Below, piece after piece: positions 63,796 through 64,000 of a DNA stretch of 64,000 bases. The stretch is taken from the NCBI RefSeq assembly GCF_009914755.1, contig NC_060926.1, one strand, 5' to 3'. This DNA is from the human T2T-CHM13v2.0 reference genome, Homo sapiens. The notes below the pieces were generated by a model. That model was not told where the DNA came from. It searched no databases and was given only the letters and a program-made list of their open reading frames with translations. The position numbers and the translations under genes are program-made. Positions within the stretch are counted from its first letter, which is position 1. Every line of letters begins with the position of its first letter.

Positions 63796-64000
63796 ATTAG
63801 ATGTATGCTGAAAGATTCAAAAAGTCTTGAATGAGCATCTACTACATGTCAAGTGCTATGTAAAGCAGGGAGAGAATGGGGAGTGACACAGTCCCTCCTC
63901 GAGGGACACAACCACTGGATGAGATAGACAAGCATAGAGACCCTCACAGGCTGAATGGTGGCTGCCCTGAGTGAGCACAGAGCTCACGGGGTGTGCAGGG

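Noticed and set aside
62981-63834. Cluster of 70-144 aa ORFs
   Set aside because: Translations of TA/CA microsatellites and antisense Alu

Overview
Repeat-dense primate (human-like) non-coding DNA, intronic or intergenic. I recognise no host protein-coding exon: the long ORFs in the track are broken LINE-1 ORF1/ORF2 pieces or artefacts of simple repeats. Main contents: a ~1.5 kb G-poor (CACCATATATA-type) tandem repeat; a full-length L1PB1-like element (minus); a full-length L1PA8-like element (minus) split by a full-length L1PA3/4-like element (plus) that keeps an open antisense ORF0; many solo LTRs (MST, THE1C, MER21, LTR40, MLT1, MER39-like, MER83/84-like, LTR27-like); DNA-transposon fossils (Charlie/hAT with a decayed zf-BED, MER33, MER5A, MamRep434, Tigger3a); five Alus; MIR/L2 fragments; and a tailless 7SK retropseudogene. 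The most notable unannotated structure is two short, locally templated insertions inside old transposons, a 280-bp element built from CpG-decayed GAACCG units, and repeat-free islands with POU/SOX/homeodomain and CTCF motifs. I do not find a defensible novel biological system. Subfamily names come from recalled consensus sequences, and boundaries of old repeats are approximate.
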